A stretch of DNA of 64,000 nt, taken from NCBI GenBank assembly GCA_041651535.1, contig JBAZIZ010000005.1, positions 26,188 through 90,187 on the forward strand, given 5' to 3'. The notes below the pieces were generated by a model that did not search any database, had not been told where the DNA came from, and saw nothing but the letters and a program-made list of their open reading frames with translations. How positions within the stretch are numbered: position 1 is the stretch's first letter; each line of letters begins with the position of its first letter. The stretch comes from Patescibacteria group bacterium (GTDB lineage Bacteria; Patescibacteriota; Patescibacteriia; Magasanikbacterales; UBA922). Made by a program: the position numbers and the translations under genes. Of this stretch, positions 29,955 through 40,024 are shown piece by piece.

Positions 29955-30051
29955 AAATTATTTCAATAAAGTTAAGGATAAGTTTTTTTAGACTTGTCCT
30001 TAATCATTATTAAAATATTCTTGCTTAATTAGCAGGTTAAAATAAAAAAAT

Positions 30052-30366
30052 ATGGAAGAGAAATCCTCTCCAAATATCTTGGAAAATAATAATAAAATTC
30101 AAATAAAAGCTAAAGATGAAATATTACATGGTAATTATGCAAATGCACTTCAAATTCAATATTCGCAAGAAGAATTTATTTTGGATTTTTTAACAATGTT
30201 TTCTCCAATGGCAAATCTAAATAACAGAATTATAACTTGTCCAATGCATTATAAAAAAATGATTAAAGCAATGGAAGAAAGTTTAAAAAAATATGAAAAT
30301 AAATTTGGTGTAATAAAAAATTCTGGCAATGATGTAGAAACTATAAATGGTTTTCCAATAAAATAA
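30052..30366 (+). CDS. Small conserved protein between dnaK and dnaJ (DUF3467-like)
   Basis: ILHGNYANALQIQYSQEEFILDFLTMFSP resembles DUF3467. Confidence 0.35.
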   Translation: MEEKSSPNILENNNKIQIKAKDEILHGNYANALQIQYSQEEFILDFLTMFSPMANLNNRIITCPMHYKKMIKAMEESLKKYENKFGVIKNSGNDVETINGFPIK

Positions 30367-30374
30367 TTTAATTT

Positions 30375-31484
30375 ATGTCAAAAGATTATTATAAGATTTT
30401 AGGTGTAGAAAAAAATTCTTCGGAAGAAGAAATTAAAAAAGCTTTTCGTAAATTAGCTCATAAATATCATCCTGATAAACAAGGTGGCGATGAAAAAAAA
30501 TTTAAAGAGATAAATGAAGCTTATCAAGTTTTAGGTAATGCGGAAAAAAGAAAAAAATATGATCAGTTTGGAGCTGACTTTGATAAACAAGGCGGTTTTG
30601 GTGGTGGAATGAATTGGGAAGATTTTATGCGTAGTGCTCGTGGTGGAGCTGGTGGATTTGAAAATATGAATTTTGGTGGTGTAGATTTGGGTGATATTTT
30701 TGGTGATATTTTTTCAGGTTTTGGGGGAGGTTCTTCGACAAGAGGTCGCCGTCAAAAAATAGGAAATGATGTTCAAGTTGATATTGAAATTTCTTTTCGT
30801 GAAGCTATTTTTGGGGTTGAAAAAGAAATTAGACTTATGAAAAATAATCCTTGTGAAGTTTGTCATGGTACAGGGGCAGAACCAAATTCTAAAATGAAAA
30901 AATGTCCAACTTGTAATGGTCAAGGAAAAGTTCGACAAGTTAGCCAAAGTTTTTTTGGTGCTATAGAACAAATAGTAATTTGTAGTGCTTGTCATGGTAA
31001 AGGAGAAATTCCAGAAAAAATGTGTCATCATTGCGGTGGTGATGGTATGGTTCGCAGTGAATCAAAATATAAAATAAAAATTCCAGCTGGAATTAGTGAT
31101 GGCGAAGCAATTCGTTTAAAAGAAAAAGGAGAAAGTGCTGGTGTTGGCAGTTTAATTGGAGATTTGTATGTACGAATACATGTTGAAACGGAAAAAGGTT
31201 TTGAAAGAGTAGATGATGATATTTATACTGAAATAAAAATTTCTTATCCCCAAGCAGTTTTGGGAGACACAGTAGAAATCAATACTTTAGATGGAATTAA
31301 AAAATTAGTAATTCCTGCTGGAACAGTTTCACAACAAAAATTTAAGATTAAAGGACTTGGCTCTTTTCATCTTCATTCTAGTGGACGTGGTGATCAATAT
31401 GTAAAAGTGATTATTGATGTACCAAAAAAAGTTGATAGAAAAACAAAAAAATTATTAGAAGAGTTACAAGAAATTTTAAAATAA
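30375..31484 (+). CDS. dnaJ: Chaperone DnaJ
   Basis: J-domain HPD motif (KYHPDKQ), Gly-rich linker, four CxxCxGxG zinc-finger repeats, C-terminal domain. Confidence 0.9.
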   Translation: MSKDYYKILGVEKNSSEEEIKKAFRKLAHKYHPDKQGGDEKKFKEINEAYQVLGNAEKRKKYDQFGADFDKQGGFGGGMNWEDFMRSARGGAGGFENMNFGGVDLGDIFGDIFSGFGGGSSTRGRRQKIGNDVQVDIEISFREAIFGVEKEIRLMKNNPCEVCHGTGAEPNSKMKKCPTCNGQGKVRQVSQSFFGAIEQIVICSACHGKGEIPEKMCHHCGGDGMVRSESKYKIKIPAGISDGEAIRLKEKGESAGVGSLIGDLYVRIHVETEKGFERVDDDIYTEIKISYPQAVLGDTVEINTLDGIKKLVIPAGTVSQQKFKIKGLGSFHLHSSGRGDQYVKVIIDVPKKVDRKTKKLLEELQEILK

Positions 31485-31488
31485 TTTT

Positions 31489-31851
31489 ATGTTTATCTTT
31501 GAAAATATAATTGAAGATAAAGGAAGTAAATATAGTGTTTCTGGTTTAGAAGTTAAAAGTGTTGAAGAAGTAAATGAATTTTTAAAAAAATTAAAACAAA
31601 ATAAGAAATATAGAAAAGCGACTCATAATACTTTTGCTTATAGAATTAAAAAAGATAATAAAATTATTGAAGTAAAAAATGATGACGGCGAAAGTGGAGC
31701 GGGGAATATTGTTTTAGAAATTTTAAGAAATAATAATGTAGAAAATTTAATTATTTGTGTGACTAGATGGTTTGGTGGTAAAAAACTTGGTGGTGATAGA
31801 TTTAGACATGTCAAAGATGCGACGATTTATTTTTTGGAGAAATATAAATAA
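31489..31851 (+). CDS. IMPACT/YigZ family N-terminal domain protein (UPF0029)
   Basis: IEDKGSKYSVSG...ATHNTFAYRI...DDGESGAGNIVLEIL...ICVTRWFGGKKLGG matches the YigZ/IMPACT N-domain. Confidence 0.7.
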   Translation: MFIFENIIEDKGSKYSVSGLEVKSVEEVNEFLKKLKQNKKYRKATHNTFAYRIKKDNKIIEVKNDDGESGAGNIVLEILRNNNVENLIICVTRWFGGKKLGGDRFRHVKDATIYFLEKYK

Positions 31852-31968
31852 GTTGAAAGCTTAATGTCTAAAGTCTTTTACTAAAAAGCAATCTGAAATA
31901 TGATTGTTTTTTTAATTAGATAAACAAATTGAGGAAATATTTTTTTCTTTAAAACAAATCTCCGTTCA

Positions 31969-32126
31969 TTTTGTCATACCGTAGCCCCGACGTATCGTCG
32001 GGGCGAAGGTATCCCTTAAATAGCGAATTATTACTATTTTTTCTTTAAAACAAAATATAATGTTTTTAAGATGTCTAAGGGATTTCTCCATCCCGACTTA
32101 TCGTCGGGATTACGAAATGACAAAAG
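31969..32126. repeat. MITE-like inverted-repeat element, locus 3
   Basis: ttttgtcat-accgtagccccgacgtatcgtcggggcgaaggt-atcccttaaatagcgaatta...tctaagggat-ttctccatcccgacttatcgtcgggattacgaa-atgacaaaag. Same termini and architecture as 25540-25677. Confidence 0.7.
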
Positions 32127-32240
32127 TTTATGTTAATTGTTTTTTAAGTTTATATAAATTCATCAGTCTGTTCTTATTTCCTAAAATAGTTTTTAAAAAG
32201 ATTTTGAATTTTTAATTTGTTTTTGTTATAATAAAAATGT

Positions 32241-32750
32241 ATGGATTTTATAAACTTATTTCCAAATATCGATTTATTTATTATAGTATTATTTTTTATA
32301 ATATTATTTTTACATCTGATATTTATTAAAAAATCAAAATTGTTTATTGATTTTATTTCAGTTTATACAAGTTTTTTATTTGTTGTTATTTTACCACTGT
32401 TAGATCATAGAATTAGAGATTTTGTTTTTTCTAATATTTATATCAGAGTTATTTTATTTGGATTATTTTTTGTTTTGATTCATATACTCTTAAATCATAG
32501 TAATATCAAAGAATTTTCAGCTAGAGTAAGTCCAAGTGATTTTTCTACTTCATTTGCTTACAGATTTTCTATTACAGCATTGTTTTTTACAATCGCTTTA
32601 TTATTTTTGCCTGATGAAATAAAAAATAATTTTGGTCAGATAATAAATATTTTATTTACAAATTTTATAGCGCTTCTAATTTGGTTTTGTTTGCCACTTT
32701 TGTTTATCTTTGCATATAGATTTAAGACTAGGAGAGGGTGGATCGAGTAA
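32241..32750 (+). CDS. Hypothetical multi-pass membrane protein
   Basis: 169 aa with about 5 hydrophobic helices. Confidence 0.5.
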   Translation: MDFINLFPNIDLFIIVLFFIILFLHLIFIKKSKLFIDFISVYTSFLFVVILPLLDHRIRDFVFSNIYIRVILFGLFFVLIHILLNHSNIKEFSARVSPSDFSTSFAYRFSITALFFTIALLFLPDEIKNNFGQIINILFTNFIALLIWFCLPLLFIFAYRFKTRRGWIE

Positions 32751-32921
32751 TTTAGGATTTTAGATTTAAGAATTTAGAATAAAATAGTCTGGGATAGGGC
32801 TGTTTTTTTGTTAAAATTTAGCTAAAATAAGGGAAAAAGGTGATTAAAAGCTTGACAAAGTGATAAAAATGTGATATTATGGTTTGTTATTTAAAATAAT
32901 AACAAAAGTTCTTTAAAAAAA

Positions 32922-33026
32922 ACTCCAAAAAAGTTTATACACAAAACTTTCGTTTAGATAAATAAAATTATTTGTTTAAATGAAGGTTTTGAGTTTACTT
33001 TATTATTTTTTAGTTTGGAGATTAAA
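32922..33026 (+). promoter_or_regulatory. Conserved cis-regulatory leader, copy B
   Basis: actccaaaaaagtttatacacaaaactttcgtttagataaataaaattatttgtttaaatgaaggttttg...tttggagattaaaatg, nearly identical to 20857-20958. Confidence 0.45.
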
Positions 33027-33413
33027 ATGAAATTATTGACAACAGAAGAAATTAAGAAAGAATTCATGTCCTTTAAAGGGACAAAACTCAGAATTTTCTG
33101 GGGACAAGAGCACGGTCATTTACCTTGTTCACAGATATCTGAAGAAGGTTCTGTCAAGTTTTATATACTTGGCAAAGGAAAGGTAATGATTGAATGCCGT
33201 GTTGGCGATGAAATTACCTGGACAAAACCCCATAATCTTTCGGAAGAAGAAATGGAAATGCTCGAGGAGCGTTTTCATGAAGATTATCCAGAAGGTTGGG
33301 AAAAGTCAGCTGATGATTGGACTAAAATTGCCAATGAGTGCCACGAGCAATTGCTTTATGGCAAATGGCTTGACGATGGTCTGGAAAACTGGTATGCCAA
33401 TCATCCGGTATAA
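33027..33413 (+). CDS. Hypothetical cytoplasmic protein (acidic, Trp-rich C-terminus)
   Basis: The ATG follows GGAG by 8 nt; the ORF-track TTG start at 33015 is less likely. 128 aa. Slightly higher GC than neighbours. Confidence 0.5.
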   Translation: MKLLTTEEIKKEFMSFKGTKLRIFWGQEHGHLPCSQISEEGSVKFYILGKGKVMIECRVGDEITWTKPHNLSEEEMEMLEERFHEDYPEGWEKSADDWTKIANECHEQLLYGKWLDDGLENWYANHPV

Positions 33414-33565
33414 TATAAAAAAAAGTCCCGTCACTTTCTAGTGATAATGGTTTTTTCTCTGCTGAACATTCTGTTCGGCGGGAAAAACCAACTTTTTTAC
33501 AGGTCGGCAGCAATGTCGACCTTTTATTTTACAAAAAAACTCGCCTTATAGTGAGTTTGTTTTTT

Positions 33566-33643
33566 TTAAAGTTCCTCCTCCTAATAGGAGGAGGTCAGGA
33601 GGAGGTTATTTAAAAAAAATTTTTTAAAAAATAACCCCACCCT
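33566..33643. repeat. GGAGG/CCTCC-rich palindromic element, copy 1
   Basis: aaagttcctcctcctaataggaggaggtcaggaggaggttatttaaaaaaaattttttaaaaaataaccccaccct, with two nested hairpins. It lies between convergent genes. Confidence 0.6.
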
Positions 33644-33697
33644 AACCCCTGCCTATCGGCAGACAGGCTCCCCTAATAGGGGAGGGAAATCTTAAAT

Positions 33698-34099
33698 CTA
33701 AATTCTGGAATCTAAAATCTTATTTACTTCAGCATCTGCCTCTTTATTTCCTTCACGATAAGTGTGTTTTATATTTACTTTTTTAAATTTTTGCATCAAA
33801 TTATAAGCTTCGATAAAAAGTTTTTGTAGAGTCGGTTCTTTTACTTTCCAGCGTCTATTTAATTGTTCACAAACAAGTTTACTATCCACAAAAATTTCTA
33901 GTTCATCAGCTTTTAATTCTAAAGCTTTTTTAAGACTGGAAATAAGAGCAGAATATTCAGCAAAATTATTTGTCTGTTTTCCTAAATATTCTCCGTAATT
34001 AGCTAAAGTTTTTCCTGTTTCATTTTTAATTACGATTCCGGTTGCGGCTGGACCAGGATTTCCTCTGGCACCACCGTCGGTAAAGATTATTAATTTCAT
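33698..34099 (-). CDS. rnhA: Ribonuclease HI
   Basis: IFTDGGARGNPGPAATGIVI...FAEYSALI...HTYREGNKEAD with the DEDD catalytic pattern. 133 aa. Confidence 0.85.
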   Translation of the reverse strand: MKLIIFTDGGARGNPGPAATGIVIKNETGKTLANYGEYLGKQTNNFAEYSALISSLKKALELKADELEIFVDSKLVCEQLNRRWKVKEPTLQKLFIEAYNLMQKFKKVNIKHTYREGNKEADAEVNKILDSRI

Positions 34100-34157
34100 A
34101 TAAGTATAGTTGATAATTAAATTTTTTTAAAATATTTTTTATAATTTGTTTGTTTAT

Positions 34158-35930
34158 TTAGATATTCGACTTCTTAAGATCAATTATTGTATGTTGAATT
34201 TCTTTATTACCGTTCCAAACATTTTTATCAATTTCAAAAACAATATCAATTTTATCACCAACTTTTATATTTCCACACCAATTTGTTTTGTCATTTTTTT
34301 CATTACATAAATTCCAGCCAATAAATTTTTTTATTTTGCCATCTTTTCTTAGCATCATTTTTAAATGTTTACTGTCTTTGCCGACTCCCTGAAAACTAAA
34401 AATTTCTAGATTTTTTGCTAAAAATTTTGGTTTTTCATTATCTTTGCCAAAAGGTTTAAATTTTTCTAATAAAGTAAATAAATGAGCATCAATTTCATTG
34501 ATGTCAATTTCCATATCAATATTTAAAACCGGAGACATATCAAGTCCAACTGTTTTTTCTTGATATTTTTTTAGCATTTTTTGTTCAAAATCAACTAGAT
34601 TATCTTTTGTTTTTAAACTAAAACCACAAGCCATTGGGTGTCCACCAAATTTAGTAAATAATTCATTCATTTCTTGTAAAGATTCAATAATATTAAATCC
34701 ATCAATACTTCTACCTGAACCAGTTATTTCGCCATCATTTTCTGCCATGACAATAGTCGGTTTATAATATTTTTCTTTGATTTTACTAGCAATTAAACCA
34801 ACTATCCCTGTTGACCATTTTTGTCCAAGAAAAAAAATTATATCTTTGTTTTTTTGTTTTTTTTCTATATCTTTGATAACTTGATTAACTAATTCGTCAG
34901 TCAATTTTTGTCTTTCTAAATTATTTTGGTCAAGTTCAAAAGCCAAATCAACAGCTTCCGTAGCTTTTTTGGTAACAAGTAAATTATAAGCAACATTAGC
35001 ATGATTCATCCGACCAGCCGCATTTAAGCGTGGTGCAATCTGGAAACTAATCATTTCTGATGTTATCTCTTGTTTTTTTGTTCCATCTTCTTCTGCTAAT
35101 CGTGATTCTAATAAAAGTTTTTGTAGTCCAACTCTTTTTGTTCTATTTAAAATTATCATGCCAAATTGAGTCAGAGTTCGAGATTCGTTTAAAAGTGGAA
35201 CCATGTCAGCAATTGTACCGATAGCTACTAAATCCAAAAGCCATTTTTCAAAATATTCATGACTGTTCCCGTCATTAAGTTTATTATTTTTTTGTTCTTT
35301 GTGTGTTTTGAGAAGTCCTTGGGCAAGTTTAAAAGCAGTGGCGCAACCAGCAATATCTTTGCTTTTAAATTTTTTTTCCAGTTTGGCATGAATTATTGCA
35401 TAGGCATTAGGAATTTTTTCTGGAATTTCATGATGGTCAGTAATAATAACATTAATATTTTTTTCATTTGCTAATTCAATTTCTGTAAAATTACTAATTC
35501 CGCAATCGCAAGTAATAATTAAGTTTGTTTTTTCATTAGAAAGATTTTCAATAGTTTTTAAATTTAATCCATAACCTTCAGTTTCACGATGGGGGATATA
35601 AATATCCAAATTTTCAGCACCAATATTTTTTAAAGTCAAAAAAAGTATAGCTGAGGAAGTAACACCGTCAGCATCATAATCTCCATGAATTATTATTTTT
35701 TCTTTTTTTTCTATAGCTGTAAAAATTCTTTTACAAGCTTTTTTCATGTCTGAAAAAATAAAAGGATCTTGAACATGTTTTTCGTAATCTGGATTTAAAA
35801 ATTCCCCAATTGTTTCTTTGGTAAAAATTTTTCTATGAAAAAGTAGATTAGCCACAATAATGGGCAAATCTTTGTTTTCTTCTAAAAAAGTTTTAGGAGC
35901 TTCGGGCAAGACTTTCCAGATTTTTTGCAT
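34158..35930 (-). CDS. recJ: Single-stranded-DNA-specific exonuclease RecJ
   Basis: DHH motifs IIIHGDYDADGVTSSAIL, ITCDCGIS, ITDHHE, and the DHHA1 region. 590 aa. Confidence 0.85.
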   Translation of the reverse strand: MQKIWKVLPEAPKTFLEENKDLPIIVANLLFHRKIFTKETIGEFLNPDYEKHVQDPFIFSDMKKACKRIFTAIEKKEKIIIHGDYDADGVTSSAILFLTLKNIGAENLDIYIPHRETEGYGLNLKTIENLSNEKTNLIITCDCGISNFTEIELANEKNINVIITDHHEIPEKIPNAYAIIHAKLEKKFKSKDIAGCATAFKLAQGLLKTHKEQKNNKLNDGNSHEYFEKWLLDLVAIGTIADMVPLLNESRTLTQFGMIILNRTKRVGLQKLLLESRLAEEDGTKKQEITSEMISFQIAPRLNAAGRMNHANVAYNLLVTKKATEAVDLAFELDQNNLERQKLTDELVNQVIKDIEKKQKNKDIIFFLGQKWSTGIVGLIASKIKEKYYKPTIVMAENDGEITGSGRSIDGFNIIESLQEMNELFTKFGGHPMACGFSLKTKDNLVDFEQKMLKKYQEKTVGLDMSPVLNIDMEIDINEIDAHLFTLLEKFKPFGKDNEKPKFLAKNLEIFSFQGVGKDSKHLKMMLRKDGKIKKFIGWNLCNEKNDKTNWCGNIKVGDKIDIVFEIDKNVWNGNKEIQHTIIDLKKSNI

Positions 35931-36068
35931 AACAATTCATTTTGACTTTTAATAAAATAAAGGCAAAATGGTAAAAAATAACATAGCAAAAACCCCAATG
36001 AAAGTAATGATTGTCCAAAGGATTTTCATTTTTTTTGATCCGTACATATAAAATAATAAAATTATTGT

Positions 36069-37850
36069 TTATCTTTTTAAAACTGCTAAATAAGCTTCGG
36101 AAGGAATATCTACTTTTCCTTTGCCTAAAGAAAGCATTTTCTTTTTTCCTTTCTTTTGTTTTTCTAACAATTTTCTTTTTCTAGTAACATCTCCACCATA
36201 TAATTTAGCAGTAACATCTTTTCGAAGAGCTGATAATCTTTCGGCAGCAATTACTTTTCCTCCGATTGCTGCTTGAATTTTTATCATAAATTGTTGTTTT
36301 GGCAAAGTTTCTTTTAAAGAATTAACAATTTTTTTCCCGATACGAAAAGCTTCATCACGCCACACTAGAGTAGCTAGAGCTTCTACTGCTTCTTCAGCAA
36401 TTAAAATATCCATTTTTACGACATCTGATTTACGATATTCTTTATATTCATAATTAAGTGAAGCATAACCACTAGTAACTGTTTTTAATTTGTCATAAAA
36501 ATCAGTGATAAGAGAAGCTAATGGCATTTCATAATGAAGCATCGCACGTTGTCCAGCTCCGGTACTTAAATATTCAGTATTTTTGTATAATCCTTTTCGT
36601 TCAGCCACTAATCCCATTACATTACCAATAAAAATTTCTGGAGTAATAATATCCACATTCATCCATGGTTCCTCAATCATTTCAATATATTGAGTTTCTG
36701 GTAAACTTTGTGGACTTTTGACAATAATTTTTTCTCGATTTGTTTTATAAACATGATAAGCTACACTAGGAACAGTTGCGATAATATGTAAACCAAATTC
36801 TCTGACTAATCTTTCTTGAAAAATTTCTAAATGAAGCATTCCTAAAAAACCACAACGAAAACCAAAACCTAAAGCTTGGGATTGCTCTGGTTCGTAAAAT
36901 AAAGCAGAATCATTTAATTTTAACTTATCCATGGCATCACGAAGTGCATTGTAATCATCACCTTCTTGAGGAAAAATTCCAGCAAAAACCATTGGCTTAA
37001 CTTCTCGATAACCTGATAAAGGAGTGTCGCTAGGATTTTCTTTATGAGTTATTGTATCACCAACTTTGACATCACCAAGTTCTTTTAATCCTGTAACTAC
37101 ATAACCAACTTGTCCATTTTCTAGTTTTGGATCAGAAATCATTTCTGGAGAATAATGTCCTAAATCTAAAATTTCTGCTTCGGTTTTTGTACCCATGAAA
37201 TAAATTTTGTCACCTTTTTTTAATTCACCATCAAAAACTCTAACCGAAGCAACTACACCACGGTAATCATCATAAAAAGAATCAAAAATCATTGCTCGAG
37301 TTTTAGCATCTTTATTTATTTTTGGTTCAGGTACAAGTTCTATAACTTTGTCTAAAATTTTATCAATGTTTTCTCCAGTTTTTGCTGAACAACTAAGAAT
37401 TTCTTCTTTTTTACAACCAAGCAAATTGATAATTTCTTCGCTTACTTTTTCAATTTCGGCATTTGGTAAATCAATTTTGTTTAAAACTGGAATAATTGTT
37501 AAGTCTTGTTCTAAAGCTAAATATAAATTACCAATTGTTTGAGCTTGGACACCTTGTGTTGCGTCAACCAAAAGTATAGCGCCTTCTACTGCAGCGAGTG
37601 AGCGAGACACTTCGTAAGTAAAATCAACATGTCCCGGAGTATCAATTAAATTTAAAATACAGTCTTTATATTTCATTCTGACTGGTTGTAATTTTATAGT
37701 GATACCACGTTCTTGTTCAATATCCATTTGGTCTAAAAGTTGAGAACGCATTTTTCTTTTTTCAACAGTATTTGTAATTTCAAGAAATCTATCAGCCAAA
37801 GTTGATTTTCCGTGATCAATGTGAGCGATGATACAAAAATTTCTAATCAT
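36069..37850 (-). CDS. lepA: Translation elongation factor 4 (LepA)
   Basis: IRNFCIIAHIDHGKSTLADR, DTPGHVDF, and the LepA C-terminal domain. 593 aa. Confidence 0.95.
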   Translation of the reverse strand: MIRNFCIIAHIDHGKSTLADRFLEITNTVEKRKMRSQLLDQMDIEQERGITIKLQPVRMKYKDCILNLIDTPGHVDFTYEVSRSLAAVEGAILLVDATQGVQAQTIGNLYLALEQDLTIIPVLNKIDLPNAEIEKVSEEIINLLGCKKEEILSCSAKTGENIDKILDKVIELVPEPKINKDAKTRAMIFDSFYDDYRGVVASVRVFDGELKKGDKIYFMGTKTEAEILDLGHYSPEMISDPKLENGQVGYVVTGLKELGDVKVGDTITHKENPSDTPLSGYREVKPMVFAGIFPQEGDDYNALRDAMDKLKLNDSALFYEPEQSQALGFGFRCGFLGMLHLEIFQERLVREFGLHIIATVPSVAYHVYKTNREKIIVKSPQSLPETQYIEMIEEPWMNVDIITPEIFIGNVMGLVAERKGLYKNTEYLSTGAGQRAMLHYEMPLASLITDFYDKLKTVTSGYASLNYEYKEYRKSDVVKMDILIAEEAVEALATLVWRDEAFRIGKKIVNSLKETLPKQQFMIKIQAAIGGKVIAAERLSALRKDVTAKLYGGDVTRKRKLLEKQKKGKKKMLSLGKGKVDIPSEAYLAVLKR

Positions 37851-37998
37851 ATTTTTTTAATTTTATTTGTCTATAATATCAAAAAAAAATGTTTTTAGCA
37901 AGAAAATGAAAAGCGAGTAAATGAGTAGGGTTAGTAAACGGGTAAGAAATTTTAGAATTTAAAAAACCTCGCATATACTCAGCGGGGTTTTTGTTTTC

Positions 37999-38065
37999 TT
38001 TAAAGTTCCTCCTCCTAGTAGGAGGAGGACAGGAGGAGGTTATTATTTAAAATAACCCCACCCTT
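37999..38065. repeat. GGAGG/CCTCC-rich palindromic element, copy 2
   Basis: tttaaagttcctcctcctagtaggaggaggacaggaggaggttattatttaaaataaccccaccct, near-identical to 33566-33643. Confidence 0.6.
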
Positions 38066-38126
38066 TTTAATAAGGAAAATTTTTTTAATTTATTAAGCTT
38101 ACAAACTTATCTACTTACTCGCTTAT

Positions 38127-39047
38127 TTAAAACCACTTTCGTCTTTTGAGTATTAAAATAAGAGAAATAATAAAAGTTGCTAAGAGAAAAAAGAAAAACC
38201 AAACCATTTTTGGATTATCAGCGTGAGGTAAACCATCAATATTCATACCATAAATTCCAGATAATAAAGTCAAAGGAAGCAAAGCTACAGAAATTACAGT
38301 TAGAGCGCCAATAACTCTATTTGTTTTTTGGTTAATTATTGATTCCACGGTAAGATGTAAGCCATCGATTGTTTCTTTGAAAGTATCAACTATAACCCAA
38401 GTTTTGTCTAAATTATCTTTGATATCGTCAAAATAAAGACTAAGAGATTCATCAAGAAAATCTTTTCGGATATGAGATAGAGTTGCAATAATATATCTTT
38501 GAGGGTCAATTATTCTTAAAGAATTTAAAACATTACGTCGATGAATAGCTAATTCTTGAATAATTCTCAAATCTTGTTCTCCAGAAAAAATTTCATTTTC
38601 TACACTACTAATTTGTTTACCAAGATTATTTAAAATCTGACGACTTTGACTAAATAAAGATTCTAAAAGTTTATAAAGTAAATAACCAGAATTTTTGCTC
38701 ATCCAATTTTCTTTAGTTTTTTTATTATTCATACAACGATAAAAGAAATTTTTTATTTCTTTGTTTTTGCCGTGTTGAATAGTTACTAAATAATTTTCTC
38801 CAATAAAAAAATCAACTTCATGGGGGCTAATTTTTTTTCCGTGATGACGCCAATTTAAAAAATGTAAAATTAAAAAAACATAATTTTTATAAACGTCTAA
38901 TTTTGGGATCTGGCTTTCTGATTTTATGTCATCTAAATCTAAATGATGAAATTTATAATTTTTCTTTAAAAAATTTATAGATTCTTCATTTATAGAACTA
39001 ATATTAACCCAAGTCAATTGTCCATATTTTATTTCTTTGATAGACAT
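38127..39047 (-). CDS. corA: CorA-family magnesium/cobalt transporter
   Basis: Two C-terminal TM helices with the YGMNIDGLP (GMN) signature. 306 aa. Confidence 0.8.
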   Translation of the reverse strand: MSIKEIKYGQLTWVNISSINEESINFLKKNYKFHHLDLDDIKSESQIPKLDVYKNYVFLILHFLNWRHHGKKISPHEVDFFIGENYLVTIQHGKNKEIKNFFYRCMNNKKTKENWMSKNSGYLLYKLLESLFSQSRQILNNLGKQISSVENEIFSGEQDLRIIQELAIHRRNVLNSLRIIDPQRYIIATLSHIRKDFLDESLSLYFDDIKDNLDKTWVIVDTFKETIDGLHLTVESIINQKTNRVIGALTVISVALLPLTLLSGIYGMNIDGLPHADNPKMVWFFFFLLATFIISLILILKRRKWF

Positions 39048-39061
39048 ATTTTAAAATTATT

Positions 39062-39742
39062 TTATAAATCAACACTTATTGAGACGAAATCTGTAAAATT
39101 AGTAGTGGCATCATCATCTGAATAAAAAATTCCTTCTATTTCAGCTTCTTTTTGACTGAAAATAAAACTTTTTATATTATCACGTTGTATTTCATTTTTT
39201 ATTTGAAAATCTTTTTTTCTTAATTCGTTTTTGTAATAATCAAAAATAAAACTTTGTTTAGCTGGTAAATTTTTCCATTCAATAATATAAGTATCTTTGT
39301 GATCCATGATTGGTTTAAATAAAAATCTTTTAAATTTATCCCATTTAGTAAGTTTTGCTAAATCTTCTTTATTTTTTATATCTTCAATTGGAATAAATTT
39401 GTATTCTTTGTCAAAATAAATTACAAAAGGGGATAAAACTAATTTTGGAATATAAGCAATTCTTTCAGCTTTTTTGCTTTTTTCTTGCCCAGGAGTATAA
39501 GTAATTGATTCTAAACTATCTATATCGTAAAGTGGTATTTGTTTTATAAAAACATCAGGTAAATCTTTTAATTCTCTAGAACGAGGACCAGCTGTAAATT
39601 TTAAAATTGTTAAAGAAACAATGAAAAGAAAAACAAAAAAAATGAAACTAGTAAAACAAGCGTGTTTGACGCAAGATCTTTTTTTGTTTAATTCTTCGAT
39701 TGGTGGTTCTTTTATTTCTATTTTGTCTATTTCTTGACGCAT
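39062..39742 (-). CDS. Hypothetical membrane-anchored protein
   Basis: 226 aa with one N-terminal TM helix. Confidence 0.45.
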   Translation of the reverse strand: MRQEIDKIEIKEPPIEELNKKRSCVKHACFTSFIFFVFLFIVSLTILKFTAGPRSRELKDLPDVFIKQIPLYDIDSLESITYTPGQEKSKKAERIAYIPKLVLSPFVIYFDKEYKFIPIEDIKNKEDLAKLTKWDKFKRFLFKPIMDHKDTYIIEWKNLPAKQSFIFDYYKNELRKKDFQIKNEIQRDNIKSFIFSQKEAEIEGIFYSDDDATTNFTDFVSISVDL

Positions 39743-40024
39743 AATATATTTGAGTTTATTATAGCACAGTTGTCTTATTATTTCAAAATAGTTTTTAGTA
39801 AGAATTTATTTTACATTTCAAGATAGTTTATTTTATATTGAGTCTAAAGTCTAAAGCCAAAAAATAATTTTAGATTTCTGATTTTAGATTTAAGATTTAA
39901 CAATTAATTCATAAATCAAAAATCTAAAATCGAGAATAACCAGACTTTTGACTTATTGTAATATCTGCTATAATAAAATAATTAGATTAAGTATTTATTT
40001 TAATAAAATAATTAATTATATTTT

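Noticed and set aside
33190-33513. ORFs 33190-33441 (+) and 33322-33513 (-) overlapping the 3' end of the gene at 33027-33413.
   Set aside because: Alternative frames of the same region. The 33027 frame is supported by the conserved leader and RBS, and the others have no start context.
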